From positions 1-55,646 of the forward strand of contig JBILMN010000004.1 of NCBI GenBank assembly GCA_044375465.1: a stretch of DNA of 55,646 nt. Reading direction: 5' to 3'. This DNA is from Oligoflexales bacterium (GTDB lineage: Bacteria > Bdellovibrionota_B > Oligoflexia > Oligoflexales > RGVZ01). Below, piece after piece: positions 1 through 8,703 of this stretch. How positions within the stretch are numbered: position 1 is the stretch's first letter; each line of letters starts with the position of its first letter. Below the pieces are notes generated by a model that did no database searches, was not told the origin of the DNA, and was given only the letters and a program-made list of their open reading frames with translations. The position numbers and the translations under genes are program-made.

Positions 1-915
1 GAGATTGACGACTGAACCACCTTTTTTCTTGCCGCCACCACCCGTTCCACCAACACTAATACTGAGTTCTCCATGAGATATCGTGACCGGAGAAATCATC
101 ACATCACCACCCATCACCACCGTGCCCGTTCTTTCATTGATCAATACCACGGCCTTCTGGTCGACCGCCACTTTAAGCAATTCCAGTTCCGCGATGAAGT
201 CCACCGTGCGTCCCTCAAAAATAGTCGGGATATCGACATCAACAGCATGCTGATCTTTGGACGTAGCAAAAAATCCCTTAAAGTGCTTGTTGATGGCCTC
301 AACCATTCTCCTGTTGGTCGTAAAATCAGGACGCTTCAGACTTAATGTGATCAACCCATCCCGATCAACCACGGGAATGAACTCCCGTTCTACAGTCAAT
401 CCACCTGGAACAGCCGCAACAGTTTGAACTTGAGTCCCGGCCCCGGATGCCTGACCCACAACCACCGGTCCTTGGGCCATCGCGTAAACTTGCCCGTCCT
501 GAGCTTTGAGCGCCGTACTCATCAGGATACCACCTGAAAGTCCTTTCGCATCTCCCAATGTCGAGACGCGAACATCCATGTGATCTCCATTACGCGCAAA
601 CGCAGGAAGATCGGCTGTGACCATCACCAAGGCAGCAGTTCCTCCTGTAAGCTGCTGTTCAGTCACTTTGAGCCCCATACGCTGCAACATGGCCGCTGTG
701 GCTTTGTTCGTTGATAGCGACGCGGCTGAATCTCCTGTTTTACTGAGCCCAACAACTAGACCAACACCCATTAACTGATTTGTGCGAACACCACGCACAT
801 TCGCAAGATCCTTGATGCGCACCTCTTGGCCTTTGGCGACTGATGGCAGCAACCCCATGGGCATGAACAGCAAATAAACCAATGCAGCTTTTATAAACTT
901 TGGAAAAATTTTCAT
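1..915 (-). CDS. flgI: Flagellar P-ring protein FlgI (3' end runs off the window)
   Basis: Not in ORF track. Hand translation from ATG at 915: MKIFPKF...QEVRIKDLANVRGVRTNQLMGVGLVVGL...VMVTADLPAFARNGDHMDVRVSTLGDAKGLSGGILMSTALKAQDGQVYAMAQG, which are FlgI motifs; follows flgA and flgH-like gene. Confidence 0.95.
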   Translation of the reverse strand, partial: MKIFPKFIKAALVYLLFMPMGLLPSVAKGQEVRIKDLANVRGVRTNQLMGVGLVVGLSKTGDSAASLSTNKATAAMLQRMGLKVTEQQLTGGTAALVMVTADLPAFARNGDHMDVRVSTLGDAKGLSGGILMSTALKAQDGQVYAMAQGPVVVGQASGAGTQVQTVAAVPGGLTVEREFIPVVDRDGLITLSLKRPDFTTNRRMVEAINKHFKGFFATSKDQHAVDVDIPTIFEGRTVDFIAELELLKVAVDQKAVVLINERTGTVVMGGDVMISPVTISHGELSISVGGTGGGGKKKGGSVVNL

Positions 916-919
916 GGTA

Positions 920-2155
920 TTACCCTTTCTTGGCCGCATCATTTGGCTTTTTAGCGGCGGGTTTCGGTTTTTCAGGAGTCTTTTCCGCATTCTTTTCAGA
1001 CGGTTTGGCGGCAGCTCCAGCTTTCTGAGTGTCGGCTTTCGTATCCTTACCTTTCGCAGATGGTTTGCTGCTGGCGGCAGAGTCAGAGGTTGACTTGTTA
1101 TTTGCATCTGCACTGTCACTAGATGGTGCCTCATCCTTTGGGCTCAGATCCTCTACTTTTTTCTGCAATTCTCCTCGTTGTTGTTCGAGATCAGAAATTT
1201 TAGCTTGGTCCTTGGCCTTCTCATCAAGCAACGCCGCACGCTCTTTGGTCATTTTCATACGTTCTTGCGAGAAGCTTTTCATCTCATTTTCAAGCTTATC
1301 GCGAGCGGATTTCAGCATTTCACGTTTTTCCTCGAGACCTAGAGCATCTTTACTCTTCATCTCGTCAAATCCACTGAGACGCAAACTATATTCGTCTTCC
1401 CAATTGGCGCTCTTGCGCTCAACCACCTCTCCATCAATGCTTTCGCGCCAATCGATGTCGGCAAGGTCCATGGTTGTAACCTGGTCAGGACGCGCCAAAG
1501 ATTCCGCACTGATACGAGCCGTTACGGCCAATTCGGACCCCTGACCTTCGCGCATGCTTCGACGTCTGTACATGACTAAAGCGTCGCCGTTATCAAAGCG
1601 CTCGAGTATCTGCATCTTGATATTCTTCACCAGCACGGGCTTATTTTTGCCAGCAGGCTCAAGACTTGGCAGCGCCTTCAGCAATGCAGACTCATCCACC
1701 AACTTCTGATCTGCTTTGGAATCCCCTCCGGATACCGACGGCGATGCCGCCGATGCAGCAGTTGACGAGGGATTCGATGAATCGCCAGTGGCCGGTGCAT
1801 CCCCACGATTTGAAGCGACCTTCACATCAATGTATTGACCAATCTCGATCGGGCGTTCAAAGCCAAACAAATAGGCGCGGGGATCATTCAAATCCGTGAG
1901 AGATCCCGTCTCATTGACGGGAGCTTTTTGTCGAATACGAAGCTCTTTTTTGCGGATGAATAAGTCTCTTGGCTTTTCCTCTGCTAATGGTTCTGTAGCT
2001 GGAGACTCAACTTTTTGGGTCGCAACAACTGGAGTTGCATCTCGCCGGGAGATGAATTGCGGTCCACTGGTTTGACAGCCATACATCCATAACAGGCAAA
2101 AAAACGCCTGTAACAGACCTGCGCTCCTCGCAAAATTTCGCATCCCATACTTCAT
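920..2155 (-). CDS. flgH: Divergent flagellar L-ring lipoprotein FlgH-like with C-terminal coiled-coil and low-complexity extension
   Basis: Lies between flgA and flgI. Lipobox-like MYGC; FlgH-like segments GSLTD..YLFGFERPIEIGQYIDVKV and ILERFDNGDALV...VTARISAESL...VTTMDLAD. Confidence 0.7.
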   Translation of the reverse strand: MKYGMRNFARSAGLLQAFFCLLWMYGCQTSGPQFISRRDATPVVATQKVESPATEPLAEEKPRDLFIRKKELRIRQKAPVNETGSLTDLNDPRAYLFGFERPIEIGQYIDVKVASNRGDAPATGDSSNPSSTAASAASPSVSGGDSKADQKLVDESALLKALPSLEPAGKNKPVLVKNIKMQILERFDNGDALVMYRRRSMREGQGSELAVTARISAESLARPDQVTTMDLADIDWRESIDGEVVERKSANWEDEYSLRLSGFDEMKSKDALGLEEKREMLKSARDKLENEMKSFSQERMKMTKERAALLDEKAKDQAKISDLEQQRGELQKKVEDLSPKDEAPSSDSADANNKSTSDSAASSKPSAKGKDTKADTQKAGAAAKPSEKNAEKTPEKPKPAAKKPNDAAKKG

Positions 2156-2164
2156 GAAAACACC

Positions 2165-3187
2165 TCAAAATGCCACTGCTTCTACAGTTTTGTCGTCTAT
2201 GACACGAGCTCTCATGCGCTTTTTTGTCGCCGCATTGACGACCTCAACGGTCTGCCCCACAGAGCCTTGATCCACCGTTGTCGCTCGAGACGCAATCTCA
2301 AGATCCCCGCGCCGCACGATCATGGTCACCTGCTGATTTCTGATCACTGCAAGCGGGCTATCCAGATATCGGACGGGAATGACTTCACCGCTAGCGATAG
2401 ACTGCCGAGCCTTTTTCCCACTAATCAGGTTCGGATCAGTAGCGAAATCCTGAAAGCCTCGGCGCATGGGAATCCATGCCATCACAATCTGACTAGACTC
2501 AATGACAGAACCAGCAACAACTGTTTGCTTCAGCACCGGCAACAACCTCTCAACGTTGAAACTCACCGTGGCCTGAAGCAGCGATTTGTCATCAGGATCT
2601 TTGGGGTTGCTAATGCGAACTTGAAGGGTACGGCTTCCCGGCAAATTCTTTGACACCCAATCAACCTGGTCAAAAGAAATCGCGGACAAATCAGGAAATT
2701 CTATCTTCATCTGCGTTGGCCTGATGTGCGCAAAACCCATAGACTGTACGCGAATGACATTAACCCTGAGCTCGGGCGCTACCGCCTGGGTGCGCCCGGC
2801 GATCTCATCTTGCAATCTCCTCATAAGATCATCCGGCGCGATATCGACGGCAACAGCCTCGACCCTAACGGATTCAGCACCCGAAATTTCGAAGCGAACT
2901 CCTGGCCATTCCTTCTCTAGAATCGCCTCAACACTCGAACGCGACACATATGAAATCCTGCCCGCGAGAGGACTTGAAGCAATATCAATGCCGCGACTTT
3001 CTTGGCAACGTTGCTCCGTCGCAGAACACTTCGCGATATCACTCAAATAGACCCTTGCTCCACTCACGACCGCCTTCTGTCTAAGGTCTATACGGATCAA
3101 TGAATCCTGTGCGAAGGCATCCATCTCATAGAGGGCCAAAATCGCAAGAAGAGATCGCAACCATGCGCTTTTAATGAGTGGATTCAT
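2165..3187 (-). CDS. flgA: Flagellar P-ring formation chaperone FlgA
   Basis: Signal peptide; C-terminal SAF/FlgA pattern PLAVIRNQQVTMIV...GSVGQTVEVVNAATKKRMRARV; synteny after flgG. Confidence 0.9.
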   Translation of the reverse strand: MNPLIKSAWLRSLLAILALYEMDAFAQDSLIRIDLRQKAVVSGARVYLSDIAKCSATEQRCQESRGIDIASSPLAGRISYVSRSSVEAILEKEWPGVRFEISGAESVRVEAVAVDIAPDDLMRRLQDEIAGRTQAVAPELRVNVIRVQSMGFAHIRPTQMKIEFPDLSAISFDQVDWVSKNLPGSRTLQVRISNPKDPDDKSLLQATVSFNVERLLPVLKQTVVAGSVIESSQIVMAWIPMRRGFQDFATDPNLISGKKARQSIASGEVIPVRYLDSPLAVIRNQQVTMIVRRGDLEIASRATTVDQGSVGQTVEVVNAATKKRMRARVIDDKTVEAVAF

Positions 3188-3205
3188 TTGCTGCTCGCGC
3201 CCTTA

Positions 3206-3985
3206 TTATCTGATTTGATTCGTCGCTTGAAGCATTTGATCGCCTGTAGTGATGACTTTGGAGTTAATTTCATAGGCCCGTTGACCGGTGATCATATTGA
3301 CCATTTCTTCAACGATGTTCACATTGGAAGCCTCAAGCTGATTTTGTGCAATACGGCCGATGCCATTCTGATTGGCTGGACCAACAATGGGCTCACCACT
3401 AGCTCTGGTCGCTCCAAAAAGATTGCGGCCAAGCGACGCAAGACCGGCAGGATTGATGAATGACGCTAACTGTACCTGACCAACTTCCTGCGTTTCTCCA
3501 TTGACTTTGACTGTCACGGCGCCATCCAAACCGACGTGGAAGTCAGTGGCTCCCTGGGGGATGATGATTTCAGGAACGACGGGAAATCCGTCCGCGGTAA
3601 CCAGACGTCCGGCATTGTCTTTGTCAAAATGACCATCGCGCGTATAAGCAATGGAGCCATCATCTTTTTGAATGCGAAAGAAGCCATCACCCTCGATCGC
3701 CAGGTCCAGGTTACGTTCGGTAACGATGGCACTGCCCTCGGTAAACAGTTTATCCACAGAACTCAATTTCGCACCCGCACCGATTTGAATACCACTCGGG
3801 ACCACGGTCCCTGTGGTGGCGCTTTGGCCCGGTGCCCGTAATGTTTGATAAAGTAGATCGTGAAAATTGGCTTTTGAACGTTTGAATGCCGTCGTATTGA
3901 CGTTGGCAAGGTTGTTGGCAATGGTATCGATATTTGTTTGTTGTGCTTCCATGCCGGTCGCCGCTGTCATCAATGATCGCATCAT
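3206..3985 (-). CDS. flgG: Flagellar distal rod protein FlgG
   Basis: MMRSLMTAATGMEAQQTNIDTIANNLANVNT...LEASNVNIVEEMVNMITGQRAYEINSK; GGAGG RBS supports start at 3985. Confidence 0.97.
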   Translation of the reverse strand: MMRSLMTAATGMEAQQTNIDTIANNLANVNTTAFKRSKANFHDLLYQTLRAPGQSATTGTVVPSGIQIGAGAKLSSVDKLFTEGSAIVTERNLDLAIEGDGFFRIQKDDGSIAYTRDGHFDKDNAGRLVTADGFPVVPEIIIPQGATDFHVGLDGAVTVKVNGETQEVGQVQLASFINPAGLASLGRNLFGATRASGEPIVGPANQNGIGRIAQNQLEASNVNIVEEMVNMITGQRAYEINSKVITTGDQMLQATNQIR

Positions 3986-4089
3986 GGGTTGGTCCTCCGA
4001 CAAAAATTCTGTGCTGACGTCTTTGACTAATGTCCTTACTAATCTCTCTGTTAATTTCTTTCAGACAATCTCTCGGGCACAATCATCTT

Positions 4090-4878
4090 TCATGCGCGCA
4101 CGGTGCCCAGTTGATTATTACTGATGTCCATCATTTTGTCGTAATTACTGATCGTTTTCTGATACGCCTCATAGGAACGATGAGCGATGATCATGGAAGT
4201 CAGATTTTTCATGGCATTGACATTTGAGCCCTCAAGCGCCCCCTGTGTCAGCATGGCCTCTAGATTAACCTGCTTACCGTCTTCTGGCCCGCCGTAATAC
4301 CAAAGGTTCATTCCGGACCTTTCTAGCTGATCCGTGTTTTTGAACTTATGGATGGGAATACGGTCGACCAAATTGTTATTCTGATAAACTTCACCAAGAC
4401 GATTCACCTCAAACTTGCCACCTTTGACCGTGACCACTCCTTTTTCACCTAGAATAGGATGCCCGGCAGGCGTCATCAGAACCCCATCGGGACTGACCGA
4501 AAATTGCCCGCTACGGGTATACCGAATCCCGTCCTGAGTATGCACAGCGAACATGCCCTCGCCCTCAATCATCAGATCCGTTGGATTTCCGGTCTGCATC
4601 ACCGGCCCTTGGGACTCATCGCGCTGGATACCGGCGACTCCCACATAGGCAATATCGTTGCCGCGTAAAGGGAACAGATCCTTCAAATCAACTTTATAAT
4701 TTGCGGGCGGAAGCGGTGATTTATAGTTCTTTTCCGGTTCCGGGTCCAAAAGCTTAAACGTGACCTGATCACCTTTAAAGCCAACCGTGTTGGCGTTGGC
4801 AAGGTTATTTGAAATGATCTCCAAGACCTTTTCCTGCGCCAGCGCGCCAGACATCGGTGAATAGATCGCCTTCAACAT
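4090..4878 (-). CDS. flgF: Flagellar proximal rod protein FlgF
   Basis: MLKAIYSPMSG...ISNNLANANTVGFK, YTRSGQF, LEGSNVN; directly upstream of flgG; start trimmed to ATG 4878 after GGAG. Confidence 0.9.
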   Translation of the reverse strand: MLKAIYSPMSGALAQEKVLEIISNNLANANTVGFKGDQVTFKLLDPEPEKNYKSPLPPANYKVDLKDLFPLRGNDIAYVGVAGIQRDESQGPVMQTGNPTDLMIEGEGMFAVHTQDGIRYTRSGQFSVSPDGVLMTPAGHPILGEKGVVTVKGGKFEVNRLGEVYQNNNLVDRIPIHKFKNTDQLERSGMNLWYYGGPEDGKQVNLEAMLTQGALEGSNVNAMKNLTSMIIAHRSYEAYQKTISNYDKMMDISNNQLGTVRA

Positions 4879-4947
4879 AACCGCACACTCCCTGGCCGTG
4901 GATTTTTGACACCCAATGGGCAGACCACTGCCCCAAAATTCAAAGCA

Positions 4948-4964
4948 TGCACCAATCATGCCAA
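4948..4964 (-). promoter_or_regulatory. Putative sigma54 (-24/-12) promoter of the flgF operon
   Basis: Minus strand TTGGCATGATTGGTGCA: GG and GC separated by 10 nt, about 70 bp upstream of flgF. Confidence 0.65.
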
Positions 4965-5153
4965 AGCATTCGCCAAGCATTTGACGATGATGCTAGAGTC
5001 TTTGCAGATGATTGAATCTAATGGAAGCAGCGCTGTTTTTTGTCATAAAGCATGTTCAAGAAAGTGACGTGTTCAAAACGAAAAACGCAGGGCAATTTTT
5101 TCCCCGCGTCAGAATTTAGCCGCCAAACTTCTGGCCCATCATTTCAGATCATG

Positions 5154-5678
5154 TCAATTCGGGATATAAACAGTCTTGATGCTTAGCATACCCGAGTCTT
5201 CTTTCACCAGGTAGAGTCTCATCCCAGGACTCGATACTTTAGGCGTCGCTGTACCTTCACACAAGGTATTTCCTACAGGAGACGAACAATCAAGGCATTG
5301 ATCCAATAGATAGCCAGCTAATGAACCCGTAAACAGTCCCTCGTACTGTTTTTTTGTATCGGGCTTCATACGATTTTTAACAGCATCATCGCGGCATGAA
5401 ACCAACGCCAGTCCCTGTTCCGTACATTTTTGGGCTTTTCGGTCATAGTATTTGCCGGTGTCGACGCATTTCTTTACTGTTGCTTGCATTGCAGAATCAC
5501 CCACCAATGCTCCTCCATAATCAATGGCCGCGCTCGAAGATTTTACAGCATCGTTGCTCTTGTCGTTTTTTGGAGCTTTTTCGACGCCACTGTTCGCCAG
5601 ACCCGATGGCTCCGACGGTGCAGAGCAACCGGAACCCACAACCATGCTGCAAAATATTGTCATAAGAAGCTTTTTCAC
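5154..5678 (-). CDS. Hypothetical Cys-rich lipoprotein
   Basis: GTG start at 5678 after GGAGGG; signal KKLLMTIFCSMVVGSGC; six further Cys in the mature part. Confidence 0.7.
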   Translation of the reverse strand: MKKLLMTIFCSMVVGSGCSAPSEPSGLANSGVEKAPKNDKSNDAVKSSSAAIDYGGALVGDSAMQATVKKCVDTGKYYDRKAQKCTEQGLALVSCRDDAVKNRMKPDTKKQYEGLFTGSLAGYLLDQCLDCSSPVGNTLCEGTATPKVSSPGMRLYLVKEDSGMLSIKTVYIPN

Positions 5679-5772
5679 AACTACCCTCCGACTCTTGTCT
5701 TGTCGGACCGTCCACGTAAGGACTTTAGGAGGCGCCAATAAAAACTTAAAAATCCAAAAATTACTGGGGGTT

Positions 5773-5808
5773 AAAAAAACCCCGAGGATCGTTTTAAATC
5801 CTCGGGGT
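5773..5808 (-). terminator. Intrinsic terminator after flagellin
   Basis: CCCCGAGGAT/ATCCTCGGGG stem followed by a T7 run on the minus strand. Confidence 0.85.
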
Positions 5809-5843
5809 GACTCAAATAAGATCAAAGTCAAAATGCAAGGATA

Positions 5844-6770
5844 TTAGCCCTGGAGAAGCTTTAGAGCGATTTGCGGCAGCTGATTGGCTTGCGTCAATAC
5901 CGATGCGCCTGCTTGCTGCAGAATGTTTTGCTGAGTGAACTCTGCGGATTCAGCCGCAAAATCTGCATCCTTGATCCGGCTGCGCGCTGCCGACAAGCTC
6001 TCAACTTGAATTGCGATGTTGCGGTCAGTGGACTCCAGGCGGTTTTGGACCGCGCCCAACGTACCACGGTAGGAGGCAATCGACTCCATGGCTTTATTGA
6101 TCTGCATGATGGAGTTTTGGGCTGACTGCTTTGTATCAATCCGAGTCCCCTCAGAATTTTGAGAGCTACCCAGATTCAGTGAGCCTTCACCCTCGGTCGT
6201 CGCGTTGAACTTGTCCATATTCATCCGAATAATGTTGATCGGATTTGGCGATTCGAGACTGTCTGAATGGGAGAAATAATCCTTGCCAACCTGAATTTCA
6301 AGCGGTGAATAATTGTGATCCTTTCGCAGCTCCTCAGGGAGCTCCGCGTTCCCCGCAAGCAACCTCGTGCCGTTAAATTCAGTGGAAAGCGCAATACGAT
6401 CGACTTCGTCCTTCAGCTGCATGAATTCTTCATTAAGATAGCGACGCTCACGCACACCAATTGTGTCTGACGCAGACTGAACAGAAAGTTCGCGCAAGCG
6501 GACCATTATGTTATTAATTTCATCCAAACCACCTTCCGCGGTTTGCACGAGCGACACGGCATCGTTCGCATTGCGACGAGCTTGATTGAGCGCGCGAACA
6601 TCGGATTTCAAGACCTCAGCGATCGCGAATCCCGCAGCATCATCGGCACCGTGGTTAATACGATAACCCGACGCTAGTTTTTCTGCCTGCCGAGCTGTCG
6701 CTTTCCCAGCAACGCCAAAGTGTCTCTGCGCGGTTAAAGACGTTACGTTAGTACGAATTCTTAATCCCAT
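5844..6770 (-). CDS. fliC: Flagellin
   Basis: MGLRIRTNV...KLASGYRIN..ADDAAG...QTAEGGL...RGTLGAVQNRLE...SRIKDADFAAE...QANQLPQ; start at 6770 after GGAG. Confidence 0.97.
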   Translation of the reverse strand: MGLRIRTNVTSLTAQRHFGVAGKATARQAEKLASGYRINHGADDAAGFAIAEVLKSDVRALNQARRNANDAVSLVQTAEGGLDEINNIMVRLRELSVQSASDTIGVRERRYLNEEFMQLKDEVDRIALSTEFNGTRLLAGNAELPEELRKDHNYSPLEIQVGKDYFSHSDSLESPNPINIIRMNMDKFNATTEGEGSLNLGSSQNSEGTRIDTKQSAQNSIMQINKAMESIASYRGTLGAVQNRLESTDRNIAIQVESLSAARSRIKDADFAAESAEFTQQNILQQAGASVLTQANQLPQIALKLLQG

Positions 6771-6855
6771 GTCACTCTCCATTTAGCGTTGATCGATTGC
6801 GATTTGCGAAAGCGTTCACTCACACACATTTCACAAACACTTGGCACACGCGACG

Positions 6856-7497
6856 CTATTTTTTGACCTCATAGGATAAGAATACTAGATCTCCTCGCAA
6901 ATCGGAAGAGATGGCCCTGAGATGAACCGGAGATGGTAACCCAAGGTCCACGAATCGTGGTGCACTAAGTCCCGCAATAATCAGGGGACAAATCGTGATT
7001 TTTGCGAAATCCACAAGGCCGTTTGCATAGAATAATTTGTTGATAGCGCCACCACCAAAAAGCAGCACTCTTGACCAACCCTCACCCGCAAGACGAGACT
7101 TCAAGGACCCAATGTCATCGACACTCATCACCCAATTTTCAACCCCCGACGCGGCGCACAGCTCTTGCTGAACCGGAAAGGGAGACACAACAACGCGTCG
7201 GACATCGGATTGCTTCCAAAACTCAAGGTCCTCATCAAGTCCACGGGTCGTGAACACGACCCAAGCAGGATTGACACCCTTGTCATTCAAAACCCGCCAG
7301 GTGGAACCACTGGCTCGCAACGAATTGGCGCCCGTGATCACGGCGTCGGCTTGCGACAGTTGAGCCCTAACGAACTCTCGATCGTCCATGTTCGTAAAAC
7401 GATAAGCACGCCGCTCGCTATCGCTTTCGAGGGCGTGCCTTCCAATCATTCCATCAAGGCTCACGGCCATGACGTTGGTGATCGTCACAGACATCAA
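6856..7497 (-). CDS. RibD C-terminal / dihydrofolate reductase-like protein
   Basis: MAVSLDGMIG, ADAVITGANSLR, VLLFGGGAIN, ITICPLIIAG. Confidence 0.85.
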   Translation of the reverse strand: MMSVTITNVMAVSLDGMIGRHALESDSERRAYRFTNMDDREFVRAQLSQADAVITGANSLRASGSTWRVLNDKGVNPAWVVFTTRGLDEDLEFWKQSDVRRVVVSPFPVQQELCAASGVENWVMSVDDIGSLKSRLAGEGWSRVLLFGGGAINKLFYANGLVDFAKITICPLIIAGLSAPRFVDLGLPSPVHLRAISSDLRGDLVFLSYEVKK

Positions 7498-7503
7498 AAC
7501 TCC

Positions 7504-7989
7504 TTAGCTAGGCAGGAGCAACTTGTTCACTTCATCGGCCACTTCACACTCCTCACGAGCCTCAGCAGCACTGATTTCGGAGACAACCATGCCAAGCGCC
7601 TTCTCTAACATATTTTTCTCTCCAAACGATAGCGGCTTATCTTGCTTGAGTGAAGATAGATCACGCAGGACTTCTGCCACATCGCTGATGGATCCTGTGC
7701 GGAGCTTATCATTAAATTCACGGAACCGCCGGTTCCAAGCACGCTGCGACACGCGACGGGGCGTACGAAGAATGGAATAAACGTTTCTCAAGGCGCCTTC
7801 ATCAGAAAGATTACGCAAGCCAATCCGGCTCGTCGCATTGGTTGGAACCATAAGTCGCGCTCCAGACGAAATAATCTGGACCACATAAAAATCCATTCTT
7901 GTGCCTGCAACTTCTTTGGACTCGATGCCTGAAATCACTCCAACGCCGTGCGCAGGATAAACAGCCTTATCGCCGATATTGAATGTCAT
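7504..7989 (-). CDS. carD: CarD family RNA polymerase-binding transcription factor
   Basis: MTFNIGDKAVYPAHGVG, WNRRFRE (conserved Trp), LSFGEK; GGAGG RBS before ATG 7989. Confidence 0.95.
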   Translation of the reverse strand: MTFNIGDKAVYPAHGVGVISGIESKEVAGTRMDFYVVQIISSGARLMVPTNATSRIGLRNLSDEGALRNVYSILRTPRRVSQRAWNRRFREFNDKLRTGSISDVAEVLRDLSSLKQDKPLSFGEKNMLEKALGMVVSEISAAEAREECEVADEVNKLLLPS

Positions 7990-8303
7990 AGTGTCTACCT
8001 CCAAAAACCGGGCGAACCAAATGCCGCCGAGTGGGCAATAAGTAGTCAATTTTGGGCCGAAAGTCAAGTTATTTTAAGCTTTTTAATAAAATCAGGTAAA
8101 AAATTCTAATCGTCTGATTTCACTCATGTTTCGCGACCTGCAGAAAATCGGCTTTTTTCCTTATTTTTTCGATATTTCGCTTGCAACATCACACAACCTT
8201 CGCTAAACACAGCCCTTCCTGACGAGTGTCTTGGCCTTTCTGCGGAGTTGGTGGATGTGGCCTGATGAATCAATCAACTCGCTAATAGAAATGGAGCCAA
8301 ATC

Positions 8304-8573
8304 ATGGCACTGACAACGGAACAAAAGAAAGACATCCTCAAGAAACACGCAACGGGCACGAAGGACACAGGATCTGCCCAGGTTCAGGTGGCTCTGCTCA
8401 CTGCTCGCATTAACCAACTTGGTGGCCACTTCCAGTCGCACACAAAAGACCACCACAGCCGTCGTGGCCTTCTCAAACTCGTCGGACAGCGTCGTCGCAT
8501 GTTGAACTACCTGGAACGCAAGGATGTGGACGCTTACAAGAAGCTCATTGGTGAGCTTGGCATCCGCAAGTAA
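8304..8573 (+). CDS. rpsO: 30S ribosomal protein S15
   Basis: DTGSAQVQVALLT...KDHHSRRGLLKLVGQRRRMLNYL. Confidence 0.98.
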   Translation: MALTTEQKKDILKKHATGTKDTGSAQVQVALLTARINQLGGHFQSHTKDHHSRRGLLKLVGQRRRMLNYLERKDVDAYKKLIGELGIRK

Positions 8574-8597
8574 GACCAAAATCCGAAAAAACTGCAG

Positions 8598-8636
8598 AAG
8601 CGGAGGCGATTTAAATTGCGCCTCCGCTTTTAATTT
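8598..8636 (+). terminator. Hairpin/terminator between rpsO and pnp
   Basis: AAGCGGAGGCG (8598-8608) / CGCCTCCGCTT (8619-8629) followed by a T-rich tail. Confidence 0.8.
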
Positions 8637-8703
8637 GGGAAAAGGTTAAGGTCAAAGAATTATAAAGAAAAAAGAGAGAATAGAGAGAAAGGATCCCGTC
8701 ATT

